A stretch of DNA of 59,691 bases, filler included, from Bipalium vagum (taxonomy: Eukaryota): the NCBI GenBank assembly GCA_037834085.1. It is 3 parts of 3 records of this genome, joined end to end, with 100 filler letters (N's around TTAATTAATTAA, not from the genome) between each part and the next. Parts side by side here need not be neighbours in the genome. Positions count along the whole stretch, not along the records: positions 16,391 to 41,391 come from JBBMKC010197831.1; positions 41,492 to 59,691 come from JBBMKC010036995.1; 1 more part is not named here. The stretch is one strand, 5' to 3'. The translations under genes were made by a program, and so were the position numbers. Under the pieces are notes generated by a model. It did no database searches. It saw nothing but the letters and a program-made list of their open reading frames with translations, and was not told where the DNA came from. How positions within the stretch are numbered: the stretch's first letter is position 1; every line of letters begins with the position of its first letter. Positions 31,101 to 43,876 of this stretch are shown here, piece by piece.

Positions 31101-33780
31101 ACCTGGACACATGGTCTTTTCTTAATTTGATTGAAAGACAAATATCAGATTACCGATCGATAAAATTTCTGTACCAAAATTCAATTACATATAAAATTCT
31201 ACTTTACAAAAATGAACACTGAGTGAAAAAAGTTAATAACAAGAATTATTAATTATTTATCTTTAATCATTAGAAAATATCAAAAAAGACAATTATGAAA
31301 GGTTTGAAAGGAGTAAAAATGGTAAAGAATGTTTTCAGTCTTTAGATTGAATACACTCCAAGATCTTAAAGTTGTGTTCGCTAATGCCCCTACCCCTCCC
31401 TTTTAAAATCAAAAATACTTAAGTATAAAATTTATATTTAATTGAATCACACGGATTCACGTATTTATAAAGTTTTCAATCGAGACCTCGTTTAATAAAC
31501 TATTAGCAGAATTAAATATTATATAAATAAACCAAATTTAGAGAAATGTCTAAGGTACATTACGCAAGAGTAGAAAATTTTTTATGTTTAAGCAGATTAC
31601 ATTTCATGTCCCTCAACAATATACATTTTTCATGCAATTGATCACGAAACCTGAATATAATTCATGGTAATGCCAAATGCAATAAAACTTAACGATTAAT
31701 TCAGATCAACTATAGTGTTACACGTTACAATTTCCCTAACTACACAGAAGTTTCGAAAGATGATCATTTTATTTTAATGTAATAAGAACAGAGGGAATCC
31801 TGGCGTGCGAAACGCTCGTAAATACATCCTTTAATATCACTTTAAAACAGAAATTTAATTTAAAATTATTCAATTTACATAATACTATGTAAGGCAGTAA
31901 ACATTGATAAATATAAATGAATTCAAAAAGAATAAATATCGACGAACTAGAAACACCTATGGTGTCTGAACATAATCGCGTGAGTAGACGTATGAATGTA
32001 TTCATACACTCATTCACAGATAAAATATATAACCGAATATTATAATATTCACATGATATGAAGAATTATCTAATTCTGGATATTTTCTGGCACACACATA
32101 TATATGTGTGTTATATATATATATAACATTTTGCTGTCGAAGTATTTTAATAGGAAACACTGACCTTTAATCCGAGACTCTTATGGAAAATTATGAAGAC
32201 ATTGTTACCCTAACTACTTCTCTGCTTCAAAATCTGATTGTTTTGCTTTCGAAATGGCTTGGTTGTCTTTAAACTTTCTCTGACCTACTGAGATCACCTG
32301 TTTTGCGAGCTCTTTTTATACTAAATTTGTTCTGACCAATCTGGTCTTAATCTTTCAAAACTTTTACCTATCTCTGGTGATAACTAAATCCTTCCATGGT
32401 GATTTATTATTGACATTGTTGGCCTATTTCCAAGATCAAAATAATAAACCAATCCGAATATTTTTGAACAAGAAGTAAATATTTCTGGAAATTTTTGCCA
32501 TGGAGTATAATTTTTCTTTATTAATTACTTCCAATTAGTAATTATTGAATAATAATTATAAGCAATTGATTTTATTATATATCGAAAATATATTTAACTG
32601 CAATAATGTTTATATTAATTATATTAATAGATTTATTTATATTTTATTCTCAGTATTTATTAAGGGTTTTAAACAACAAAAATATAAAATCTTGTAATTT
32701 ATTAAATTTTTGACAGTCAGGAATAACTTAATTATTTGATTTTTATAATTATTATAAGTTATTTGACAATATTGTTTCTTAGGTTAAAAAATTTATACAT
32801 TATAATCATGATTATTTGTGTCGATTATATTGAAATCCTTGTTATTTACTTATACAAAAATATGTAATGATTACAATATTTTTTATTATTCAAAATCATA
32901 ACAAAAATGGTTTGCTAAATTCAGATGCATTAATTTCGATATAAATGATGCCCCCTCCTGTCAAGGAAACCAATAAAACGATTAAACAGGATTTATAGCA
33001 CTAGGTGAGGAAAATTGCAGGAAAAAATAACCAATGCAACTATAGAAAATCGTGAGTCCACTAAATGTATACCTCACTTCAAATTTTAAATAAAAAAATA
33101 AAACAATAGTAATTTTATGGAGATTAATTCATAAGCATTTAATAAGCAATTCGTAATTGTAAAACCAATAAATATTCTTAGAAAATATTTTAGAGACACT
33201 ATATCTAATACACTAAAACGAACGCTTTAAAAAAGTATGAAATAAATTGAGGTTGAGACGCTTTTTACTTACAACAATCAAACTGTAACAGTAGTAGAGG
33301 AATGCCTAATTTCAACCAACACTCTAACCCCACACTTTTGGTTTTGGTTTTTTCAGTGTCCTCAGCTTTGCAACTGATTTTTTTCGATGTCAAATACCAA
33401 AAAAACCCAATTTGGTTTTGACTATTTTCCATTTTTAAATACCGAATATCGAATACGAATATGTGATTTAGTTTTTGGTCGCAATTATTCATTTCCCCAC
33501 TATTTTTAAACTTTTTCAAATAATAATTTTTTTCATGATTTTGCAATGTGTGAATTTTTTCAGATTTTTAAAATTTTAATTGTAACACATCATACATCAA
33601 TCTAACATTTTATTTTTTTAAAAATGAAGAACATATTTTTTTGAAGTTTGTAATAAAAGTATTTCAAAATATAATAAGAATACACTTTTAAATAAGAAAA
33701 TACATTTTAAAAATAGTACTAATAAAAGTAATAATGAAAAAATAAAATGAAATTGTAAGAGCATTCGGCTAAAGCTGTCA

Positions 33781-34151
33781 ATGCCTTTGGTTGATCCTCA
33801 AAAGTTAAAAGTAAAATCTATAATAGGTGAGAACTTTAAATCACAAATGAAAATCTTTTATTTAGTAGATTTCTTTTTTAATCCGGTCTATTAAATAATA
33901 AGAAACATTTTCATTTATAATTTTTATATTTTAGATATTAAAAATGGAAATGATTACGACAATGTTAATAAAAATGATTTTGTGAAATATGCTTATGAGA
34001 TATATGGTGAATATTATTACTTAATAAATTCTGTTCACAAAAATGTTAAATGGGTAATGTTTGCTTATCAATCTTTTTAATAATTCTAATTTGAAAAGAA
34101 GAAAAGGTTTATGATGAAGACAATATAATATTGGACAAAATAATTAAATGA
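33781..34151 (+). CDS. Candidate small 3-exon ORF (33781-33826, 33935-34053, 34107-34151), ~69 aa, unknown product
   Basis: Phase-compatible GT-AG junctions (108- and 53-nt introns) give the open frame MPLVDPQKLKVKSIIDIKNGNDY...KNVKWVYDEDNIILDKIIK*. Confidence 0.35.
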
Positions 34152-35881
34152 ATTAAGCATACGTTGAAAAATTGTCATTAAAATTACTTAATAATAATTA
34201 ATAAATCTTTGCCATTCCCCCATTACTTTCAACAGACAGTTACTATCAACAAACAGCAAACTTCTCAGGCAGTCTGTCAAGCACACTCTAATTGAAAACC
34301 CTGGTCAGCAAAAATAAAATTATCGAAAACACTTGTATATATATATAAATAATGAATTTTTGTAGGCTTATATAATAATTTGCAGTTTAATTTTAGCGTC
34401 TCTGATTTGCCAGTTAAGCTGTCAAACTCTGTTATCATTAAATATTTTAAATTAAATCTCTGAAGATGTGGCTACAATTTGTTTCCACCCAAAACGAAGG
34501 GAAAGAAAGGTAGCAAATTTAAAGCTATTAAGTTAACATTTTTAAAACTTTATTTTTTTTAATTATATAAATATAAAAATTAAACTTGAAACAATCTTTT
34601 TCATTTTTTATACCAATTTACGTCTGCTTAATATTGTTAGTTTAGTAAGATAAGTATGATTTATTTTAAAAACATAAGTATGATCAATGGTCCAACTATA
34701 ACGAGCGATGTGAAAGCAGGAGATCCTATCACATCAGCAAAAGACACATCTCTCTCAGAATTTCTAATAAATAGTCTAACAAAAGAAAATAAGGACTCAT
34801 AGACCTAAAATTCATAAGTTTAGAATATGACATTCTTGTGTTCACAACTACTTTATAAAATGTGCGGGGTTATATGCCATGAATATCCAGCATTGACCAA
34901 TAGAAAACCAGTAATAATATTGTAAAAAAAATTAATTTCGAATATCCACTACTAGTTATTACGGGTAGGTATTAAGAGCAGTTACGAAATAAATTACAGC
35001 TCATGTGTACCTTGTGTAATTGTGTAGTGGTAAACATTCTTTATTTTATGCACTTTAATATTTATTAACACCACCTTATATTACGTTTTTATTTGGAAAT
35101 GTTTATCTGAAATTATCTATGATTGCTGTGTCTAATTTAGGATTCTCAACTTTTGCTTACGATGGAAATCCTGTATTACTTTTTACTATATATAATGCAT
35201 TTTACGGTATGTGGTACGCTGTTAGAGAGGAGAAAAAACCAGAACATGGAAGGATGGAGCTAACGTCTGAATAACTTAAGGTTCTAACAGAAGCTCTTGA
35301 TATAACATCAAACTCCGCAGTAATGGCCGTTGCAAATCCAGGCATCTGTCTCAAAATTTAATTACATGGAGACTTGAGGATGAAACGTTTTACCAACCCA
35401 TCAAGCATAACAGGCATCGTACAACATAAATGAGCGTGGCCACGCTTGAATTGTACCAGGCGAGTGCGAGATGCATGGGCTTATTGGACTATTGCCATAA
35501 CTGTACCGGTTGCTGGTCCGTTGAAGACGTAACTGTGCATGGTGTTAAGTGGGACATTATCAAGAATAATATTTGACACCTTGGTGAGTAAATAAGAACG
35601 GTAATATTGGAATAGTTCGGAATTTAATCGGCCGGCTAAATTGCCCGTTAGCTGAGATAATTGAAATATTCCACAAAGTGAATGGTCTACGGCCATATCT
35701 AGTAGACCGCTTCAGTTTATACGGGCAGACTGCAAATTATATCAGTATGCCGGATCACAGAACAAATATATTTGTGGTGGAGATAAACGTTTTTAGGACT
35801 GTGATACCCGTTTTTTTATCAGAATGCTACATGGTTCAAGTCAACCCAGCTGCTCTCCTTCAGTGTGGAACAGGCTGTGTT

Positions 35882-35952
35882 GAGATACCGGGATTCGAAC
35901 CCGGGACCTTCACATGCGCATCCACTGCTCTGACCGCTGAGCTACATCTCCC
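35882..35952 (-). pseudogene. tRNA-Ala-like element (SINE head or tRNA pseudogene)
   Basis: Reverse complement GGGAGATGTAGCTCAGCGGTCAGAGCAGTGGATGCGCATGTGAAGGTCCCGGGTTCGAATCCCGGTATCTC. A box, B box, D arm and T arm are intact; the anticodon stem does not pair. Confidence 0.8.
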
Positions 35953-36197
35953 GACTAATTTTCAATTTATCTCACAATCATAATTTACGAGTTGAGTGGG
36001 AGCGGCAAGATCTAGGTGCTAAGATGGTCCGGGGACTCAATTGGATTGAGGTATATCAAATCGCAACGTAAACTGCTTGATAAATGAAATAATTGTTGAA
36101 TGCAACTTTTATTTAATTAAAGTTAAAATTAATTAAAATTGGTAAAGTAATGATATTGTTTATATAATAACAATAAATTTATTATTATATATTTCAA

Positions 36198-36463
36198 ATG
36201 AATAGGTAAAAAAATCAAGAAATCACTTAGTACGGATGAGAAACTTCAGATCATTATAGCAATTAAATAATTAAATATCAGATGGCTACATTGGCCAGAG
36301 ATTACAGTGTTAACAGAAGTACAATTACAAGAATTAACCAAAATAAAGGAAAATATAGAAGATTTTTCAAAGCACGCTAATATTCCATTAGGAAAAATGA
36401 AACGCATAAAGACAGTTACCGTACCAGAAATTGAAAGAGCCTTAAAAGACTCGTTTAATTATG
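36198..36463 (+). mobile_element. pogo/Tigger transposase N-terminal (HTH_psq/CENP-B) fragment
   Basis: RKSLSTDEKLQII..MATLARDYSVNRSTITRI..KMKRIKTVTVPEIERALKD. Truncated by the element starting at 36466. Confidence 0.75.
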
Positions 36464-36465
36464 TA

Positions 36466-38587
36466 CAGTAAATTTAGCTTATAGAGAACTTGCTTAAAGA
36501 GAACAAAATCGGGTAAAGAGAACTTTTTGGTTCAAAAATGGCCTTTTCCCAAAATTTTCAGTGTAACAGTTTTCCTTACCCGATTATCGGTTAAAGAGAA
36601 CATGGTTTATTAAAATAAACATTTTTTATTTTGGTTTTATTTATTTATGTTATTATTTTATTTATATTGGGAAATGTTGGAACGTAATCAGATCATTAAC
36701 TCAGATTTACATTGTCAACAACTGCAACGAGTAGCAGATGCCTTTGCAAAATGTCGGACAGGATTGAATCAAGTAATCTTTCTTCATGATAATGCCCGAC
36801 CACACGTTTCAAACCTCACCCATCAAAAACTTTTGGAGTTGAAATGGGAAGTTTTGCCTCACCCGACCTAGCGCCCAGATTATCATTTATTCCGGAGGCT
36901 GCAGAACTTCCTGAAAGACAAAGATTGTAGGACTGATAACGAATTGGAAACTGCAGTTGGAAATTTCTTTGCTAGCAAACCAATGGAATTTTACAAGAAA
37001 GGCATTCACGATCTACCCCGTCGTTGGAAGGAAGTATTGGAGAACAACGGTGACTACATTATTGACTGATATGGGACTTTTGATGAATTCTTTTATTGTA
37101 TTTTTGTTATATTTTCAATGAAATCATTCATAATAAAAATAGTACGAGAACTTTGTTTCCAATCTAATAGATATTCAGTTAAGGGATTGGTATTTGCTGC
37201 AACGATCTAAGATACCCATTAACAGTGTATTACTTATTGAAAAAGCTGATCAAATTGCCAAATACCTAAAGATTCAGGATTTTACTTGTACAATGAGTTG
37301 GATCCAACGTTTTAAAACTCGCTATTCTCTAGTTTTCGGATCGATTTTTGGAGAAACTGGTGATGTAAATAATGAATTGGTGGCGTCGAGGCTTAAAAAT
37401 GGATGGCCGGAAATTAGGAAAGGTTATGATAACAAAGATATTTTTAATGCAGATGAAACGGGATTATTTTATAGGCTTTTGTCAAATAAAACAATTAAGG
37501 TTAAAGGAGAAAGGTGCGTTGGAGGCCAATTATCCAAGGATAGAATAACTTTTTTATTTATTATAAATTATTATTATTATTATTATTATTTATTATAATT
37601 AAATAAATTATTTATTATAAATTGCCTCATTAATAATTGGAAAATCAAAAAATCCCCGATGTTTTAAAAATGCTCTTATTACTTCCCTAAATTATAAAAA
37701 CAATCAGAATGTATGGATGACATCAACAATTTTTTTAAAATTGGATTATGTCATGGGATTCTAAATTGAGAAAAATTGGAAGAAATATTATTTTATTAGT
37801 GGACAATTGTTCTACCCATTCTCCGTTAGGTCAATCTTTAACAAATATTGACTTTTATGCTTCCAAATACTACAAGTAAGTTACAGCCTTTAGATGCCGA
37901 GGTTATCAATGCTTTTAAACAGTATTATAAAAAAGGAATTGTTACAAAAATGATTCATTTTTATGATTCCTATCCAGAAGAAAAATTAAAAGTATTCTTG
38001 ATGCAATTAGCATGGTTAAAATGGCTTGGTCAAAAGTTAGCTGTAATACCATAAAAATTGTTTTAGGCAAGCTGGTTTCCGCGAATTGTTGAAGAAATGG
38101 CAATAAATGAAAATTTTTCATCTGATATAGAGAAATATTTATAAAAGCAACACTCGTTTACTGATTTTGTTAATACTGAAGAAAATTTAGTAACAGAAAA
38201 TATCAATGAACAGGAAGTAGAATTAAGTTTGTCACTATCTGATACGTTAGATAATAATCAATGTGTTAAGCTTCCCAACATTCATAAAGCATTTGAGTGC
38301 ATGCAACAAGTACAAGGTAGTTCTTTTTATTCAAATCAGGATAACTGACTATCTACAAGAAAGTTTAATAGCAATTGAATCAGATTTGGAGAAGATTTCA
38401 CTCAGGAAAAAAACCAAGCAGCGAAAAATAACTGAGTATTTTAAAAATTAAATGTGTTGATTAGTAAAGTTTTTTTATATTTTTTTAAAAATTATCCTTT
38501 TAAAAAAGTATCTGTTAAAGAGCAATATCGGTTATAGAGAACATTTTTTCTAGTCCCAAAGATATTCTCTTTAAGCGGTATCTACTG
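36466..38587 (+). mobile_element. pogo/Tigger (TIGD4/6-like) DNA transposon, decayed
   Basis: TA-flanked TIRs CAGTAAATTTAGCTTATAGAGAA and reverse complement CAGTAGATACCGCTTAAAGAGAA, with subterminal AGAGAAC repeats. Motifs WIQRFKTR, IFNADETGLFY, LLVDNC and PNTTSKLQPLD, and a terminal PIP-like QRKITEYF. Confidence 0.92.
36655..37167 (+). mobile_element. Mariner 3' half nested in the Tigger element
   Basis: FLHDNARPHV, WEVLPHP, DYHLFR and FYKKGIHDLPRRWKEVLENNGDYIID*, followed by a TIR ending AATCTAA-TA. Confidence 0.9.
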
Positions 38588-39869
38588 TACTATTCTATAA
38601 AATATGTTTAGTTATTTAGTTATCTCGATAAATGTAACCAATTTGATTCAGTGAATGTTGTATTTTATAAGAATTCAATGTATATACTTAATGAATCCAA
38701 GAATAACAATAAATAATTAATAAAAAAACTAATAATATTAATTAAATAAGTAATAAAGTTATTGTTAAATAAATATTTTAATTCAATAAAAATAAAATTA
38801 TTTTAAAATCGATATTAATCAATAATTATATAAAATATTTAAAGTACAATGATATTTACCGGAATAATAATGAAATGGAATATTACTTCTAAATCATTAT
38901 TTCTGTAGTAATCAAACCATTTTCAGTTACATGTGATAAATTTATGAAACCTTTAATCACCTTACAAAGTAAGTGCAAAATACATCTAAAAAATCTTAAT
39001 TAATCTGCATGATCTTAAACTGTATAAATTGTTGAAAACAAAATATTTTCTGTGAATTTGATAATTGATCATGAAAAATAAATTGCAAAAATGTTAAAAT
39101 TTACCTGTATAAATAATCTGGTGGTTTTTGTTCTATTTTGAATATTTCTAGTAAAAGAAGAAAAATTAATAGCACTGTACTTTCAGTTATTGCCAAAAAA
39201 AGTTTTTAAAAATTGCAGATTTTGATTAATGTATAACTTAATTTAAATTAAAGGTCAATTAATCATCTATAATGGATAATTTTTTAGCTTTTTACCAATA
39301 GATGCACATAATGGGATAAATATCTACGGGATCCAATTAAACTTCGGTTTTAGCTTTATTGAGTTTTGAAAATATTTTAAATTAAATTTAAAGATTGTTC
39401 TATCACCAACCAGTTACATTTTTGAAATGTTTTATGCATAAAAAATAAATAACAATAAAAATTTAAGTAAAAATAAAAATAAAAGAACCATTGAATACCT
39501 TTAAAATTAATATTGCGCATATTATTGTCATTTTAAACAAACGTGCTTATGCTTAATATGATTGTAGTTGTTCAGATTTTATTTTTATTAAGAATTTGTA
39601 AGATTTTTATAAAAAGAAAAACAAGCAAATGAAGATTTATTAATATTTTCCAGCTTTTCACTTGTTCATTTCTTATAATTTTTAAAACCTTTCTATTTGC
39701 TTTTTCCTAAACAAGTTACATATTTTTTGAAAATGTTTTATAAATTTAATAAATGTGAGAAACCGACTTTCAGACATAGGGTTACATGGGAGGATGACAC
39801 GGAAGAAACCTTTAATTTCGAAGATGAATCAGAAAGCATGAGTTGCATGGGTAAGAGAACTGTTAAACT

Positions 39870-40250
39870 CTTCAACCGATTGGAATAAAGTTCTTTGGTC
39901 TGACGAGTGTAAATTTAACGTATTTGGGTCAGAAGGAAGGGTTACTGTTTGGCGAAAACCCGGAGAAGAAATGAAATTAGAATGTCTCCAACCGACATTT
40001 AAGCATGGTAATGGGTCGGTTATTGTCTGAGGATGTTTTTCGAGTTTGGGTGATGGAAATTTAGTCTTCATAGATGGAATAATGCATAAGGAAGATTATT
40101 TGAAAATTTTAGAAGAAAATCTGTTGGAATCTGTTGGACTGACTTCAAATTCCAACATGACCGAGACCCAAAACATACGACCAAAATCATTACACATTGG
40201 CTTAATTAATCCGGTGTAATTGTCTTGAAATGGTTTCTGCAAAAAATTGG
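39870..40250 (+). mobile_element. Tc1 (DD34E-type) transposase remnant
   Basis: WNKVLWSDECKFNVFGSEGRVTVWRKPGE..PTFKHGNGSVIV*GCFS..FQHDRDPKHT. Confidence 0.9.
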
Positions 40251-40581
40251 TTACTTTGATGAATATGAAATGTAAAATGATCATCAAGAATAGGAGTGGT
40301 CTAATTAATTATTAAAAACAAAATTTTGATACAATTTTTTTGTATGCTTATAATAAATGTATTAGTATGGTTAATTTTCGTATTACTCATATTCGAATAT
40401 TCAAAAATAATTTATGCTTACAATTCTAAAAATAACTATTTACATATTCTTATTCTTATTTTATATATCCGGGATAGCTATTATGCTTAAAAACAATAGA
40501 CTTTTATAAAGAATGTTTTCTTTTTTGTCAAATTGTTATTTTTTATTTGTATTATTATCGTACGGATAATTATTAGAGTAT

Positions 40582-41190
40582 ATGTATGATAACTTTACAA
40601 ATAAAAACTATTTTAACTTTTCCACACAAGATAATATTAGAAGTGGTGATCCAATTCAAGAAGAATGGACAATAAAATTAAATAATATGGCTCAAGTAGA
40701 AATTAAAGAAACTGGAAAAAATATTGATGATTTAAAACAATTTGAAAATAGTTTAAATGTAAGAATTATAGTTTATAATAATAATAATTATAAATCCATT
40801 ATAAATTTTAAAAAACAAACTTTTATTTATTATGATCACAAAAATCATCATTTTATTTCAATTACAAAAATAGCAGCTATTTTACAATCAAGAAAATATT
40901 GTCATGACTGTTTAATAAGATTTCAAATTCAACATACATGTAAAACAACTAATTGTAAATCTTATAGAAATAAAAAAGTTTTTGATATTTGTAATGAGGA
41001 ATATTTTAAATCCTATAAACATAAATGTGCTTATAAGAATTGTTCAATTTGTAATGAACAATACAAACCTCCATTCAATAATCACAAATGAAATTTAAAA
41101 AATAATGAAGGAAATTTTAAACAAAGTAATAAATATTTATTTTTTGATTTTGAAGCTACTCAAGAAAATACTGGTTATCATGAAATGAAT
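40582..41190 (+). mobile_element. Maverick/Polinton protein-primed DNA polymerase B N-terminal fragment
   Basis: DDLKQFENSLNVRIIV, FIYY..HHFISIT, Cys/His clusters YCHDC..HTC..HKC..CSIC..NHK, then an ExoI-like KYLFFDFEATQENTGYHE. Confidence 0.8.
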
Positions 41191-41391
41191 ATATAATAAA
41201 ATGTATATAAATTCAACTTCCAAAAGATATAAAGTTGATTATTGTGGAGACTCCCACCTTCTGACCAACCAATTCAATCAAATCTTTCAAAAACGTCAAT
41301 CCAGCCAAAACTAGCAAAACCCTCAAAACAATAACATTATTGATTTTAAATATTTTAGTGATTATTTAGTGATTCATTTGATGTATAAAAA

Positions 41392-41491
41392 NNNNNNNNN
41401 NNNNNNNNNNNNNNNNNNNNNNNNNNNNNNNNNNNTTAATTAATTAANNNNNNNNNNNNNNNNNNNNNNNNNNNNNNNNNNNNNNNNNNNN
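41392..41491. other. Assembly gap with artificial TTAATTAATTAA linker
   Basis: Identical construct to 16291-16390. Confidence 0.95.
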
Positions 41492-41619
41492 TTACTAATT
41501 TTTATGTATAGATATGTATTGCATGTTTGTATTCATAATAAATTTTTTTGATTTTAGGGTGCTTTTTATTTTTTTCCGTGAGTATATTTTCATAATCACT
41601 TGCACTGAATCTTATTAGC

Positions 41620-42290
41620 TTACCTGTAACACTAAATGGATTTTTAATCCATGATTTATCTTAGGAAAACGTTGTTAAATAATCTAATAGATGTTGCCTG
41701 TAAGTCTTGTAAATGTTACAAAAGTAATTTGCAGACTTTATCATCTTTTTTAGAATGTATTTCAATTAAAGATTTCTAATGTAGGAAAAAGTCAAAAATT
41801 ATTTTGTTTCACTTGAGCAATCCAGAACTGTATTTTTCTATGACAAAATGAAATTGTATTTCTTATATTAAAATATATATGTGGTATGTAATATATTATG
41901 TATCGTAATGTATTGTAATGATAAATTTATTTCATTGCACTTGGTAAAAATATCTGCTACAGACGCAACACTCATCAACTTCGAAGAATTTGTTAATAAA
42001 TCAATAAAAATTTTTGCCGAGTTTTCCGACGATAGGAAATCTAATAATTCATTACGAAGATCAAAAAATCTTACAAGTGCTTTTCCTCTGGAAACCCATC
42101 TCACTTCTGTATAAAATATCTGTTCCTTATATTCACTACCCATTTAATCACATAAAATTTTAAATAATCTGGAGTGGAGTGGTAATGATTTTACGTAACT
42201 AATTATTTTTACGACTTGATCAAAAATGGATTTTAAATAAGACTAGTTTATTTTGCTATTAATGCTTATCTATGCAAAACGCAGACTTTT
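41620..42290 (-). mobile_element. hAT (Buster/Charlie-like) transposase remnant
   Basis: LHSRLFKILCD*MGSEY..YTEVRWVSRGKALVRFFDLRNEL..ADIFTKCNEINLSLQ. Confidence 0.9.
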
Positions 42291-42361
42291 CTAGTATTTC
42301 TGCTACTTCAGAAATCCAGGTACAACTCATTTCAACTTTGATTTTTAGTGTGATTGACTTT

Positions 42362-42537
42362 TGAACATTTGATTGAAGACATTTCTATTGATTATTTGAT
42401 ACATTGCATTTGTTATTGTTATTTATTAATAAAGTGTTGTTCGTAGTTGTTTTAATTCATTCATTTGCATACACGTATTGACAAAAGTGAAGGGGTCAGT
42501 AAACTTTGCGAGCTAAGTGTTACGACGGTGTTCATAG
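42362..42537 (+). repeat. Dispersed ~170-bp repeat, copy 2
   Basis: Direct copy of 19521-19690. Confidence 0.9.
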
Positions 42538-42919
42538 TAAAATAACAGCGTAACAATGTGATAACTCTCACGAAAAGTGGTTTCTGTTGTATTTTCATTT
42601 ACAGATTAAACAATTTTTCTCATTTCAAATAGAAATTTTTTAGAGTCTAAAGTTTTGTAGCCATATTTTAAGAAACTTTTTAATTTGAAATTTAATAATT
42701 TAATTATTAATTAATTTTTTAATTAATAATATTAATATTAAATTTTGGAAGTTATTTCACATATAATTATGTTGGTTAAATATTCTAGAACTGGTATGCG
42801 AGAAACCAACCAAAAGAAATAAAAACCGTATTTTTGAATAATAACAATTAATATATAATAAAATCAAATGACATGTTGAATATCATAACAAATATTGAAA
42901 TGCACAAAAAACTATCTTA

Positions 42920-43540
42920 ATCTTTTGTTAAATCTATGGTTTCTTTGACCCTTCTTTTCTCAATTCTTCTCTTTGCCTTCTTGTCTTTTCTTCCTACCTT
43001 GGTTGATATCTTTGTGTCCGATGGTAAAAAGTTTCACAATATTTTTTTACATAACGAATAATTATTTTTCCAAAACTAGATAGGTTGTCAAATTATTTGG
43101 GACAGGTACAATTTTGTGAAACATGTGCTTTAAAGCCACACAAAGTTGTCGTATTCATATATTCAGCTATTAAAGTAAGAAATATAATAAAACAAATAAC
43201 CAAAACTATAAAAACAACAAAGAATATAAAAAGTAAGAATTTAAGAATATTTTATCATTTATTTAAACCATTTTTTGTGTATATCAGAACGTCAATACGA
43301 CCTGGTATTCGATCTCTCTGAATCATATCAAATTTATTATACCTAGAAATGAGTTGATCCTTATTTTATCACATCTTATATCCGTTCATATTCGAAGAAT
43401 TTCCTTTCCTTTGCAAAATTTAAAGTTTTTTGTCTGAGAAACTCAGTAATAGATCTTGGTTTATAATATGGAGGTAAAATCATGCATAAAAAAAATGTTT
43501 TTTGATCATCTTTTTGACCCCCATTTTCATTGGAATAGAT
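42920..43540 (-). mobile_element. Possible non-LTR retrotransposon ORF1 relic
   Basis: Frameshifted coding-like blocks ILPPYYKPRSITEFLR and RIPGRIDV, a knuckle-like LCGFKAHVSQNC and a basic tail KVGRKDKKAKRRIEKRR. Confidence 0.35.
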
Positions 43541-43876
43541 ATTATAAATTATTAAATTTTGTTCATCTACTTAAAAATTTCAGATGATTGTTTAATTAAA
43601 AAAATGTTCTTATAAGTTATATTTCATAATGTGCACACAATATCAAATACAATAACAAATTACTGAAGATAAATATTTCAATAATTTTCATAATTACCTT
43701 ATACATAAATAATTCTTTAGATTATTCAGAATTAACAACCAATGTGTTTTTAAATAATCAACATAAATATGATGTAAATTAATCATAAAGTGTGAAATAT
43801 AATTTTTTAAAAAACTTTAAAATAATTTTCCACCTACGTATAGATATTAGTGAGATTTTATAACTTTAAGTATAAA

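Noticed and set aside
35882-35952. Functional tRNA-Ala(CGC) gene
   Set aside because: The anticodon stem cannot pair, the acceptor end is imperfect and there is no oligo-T terminator nearby.
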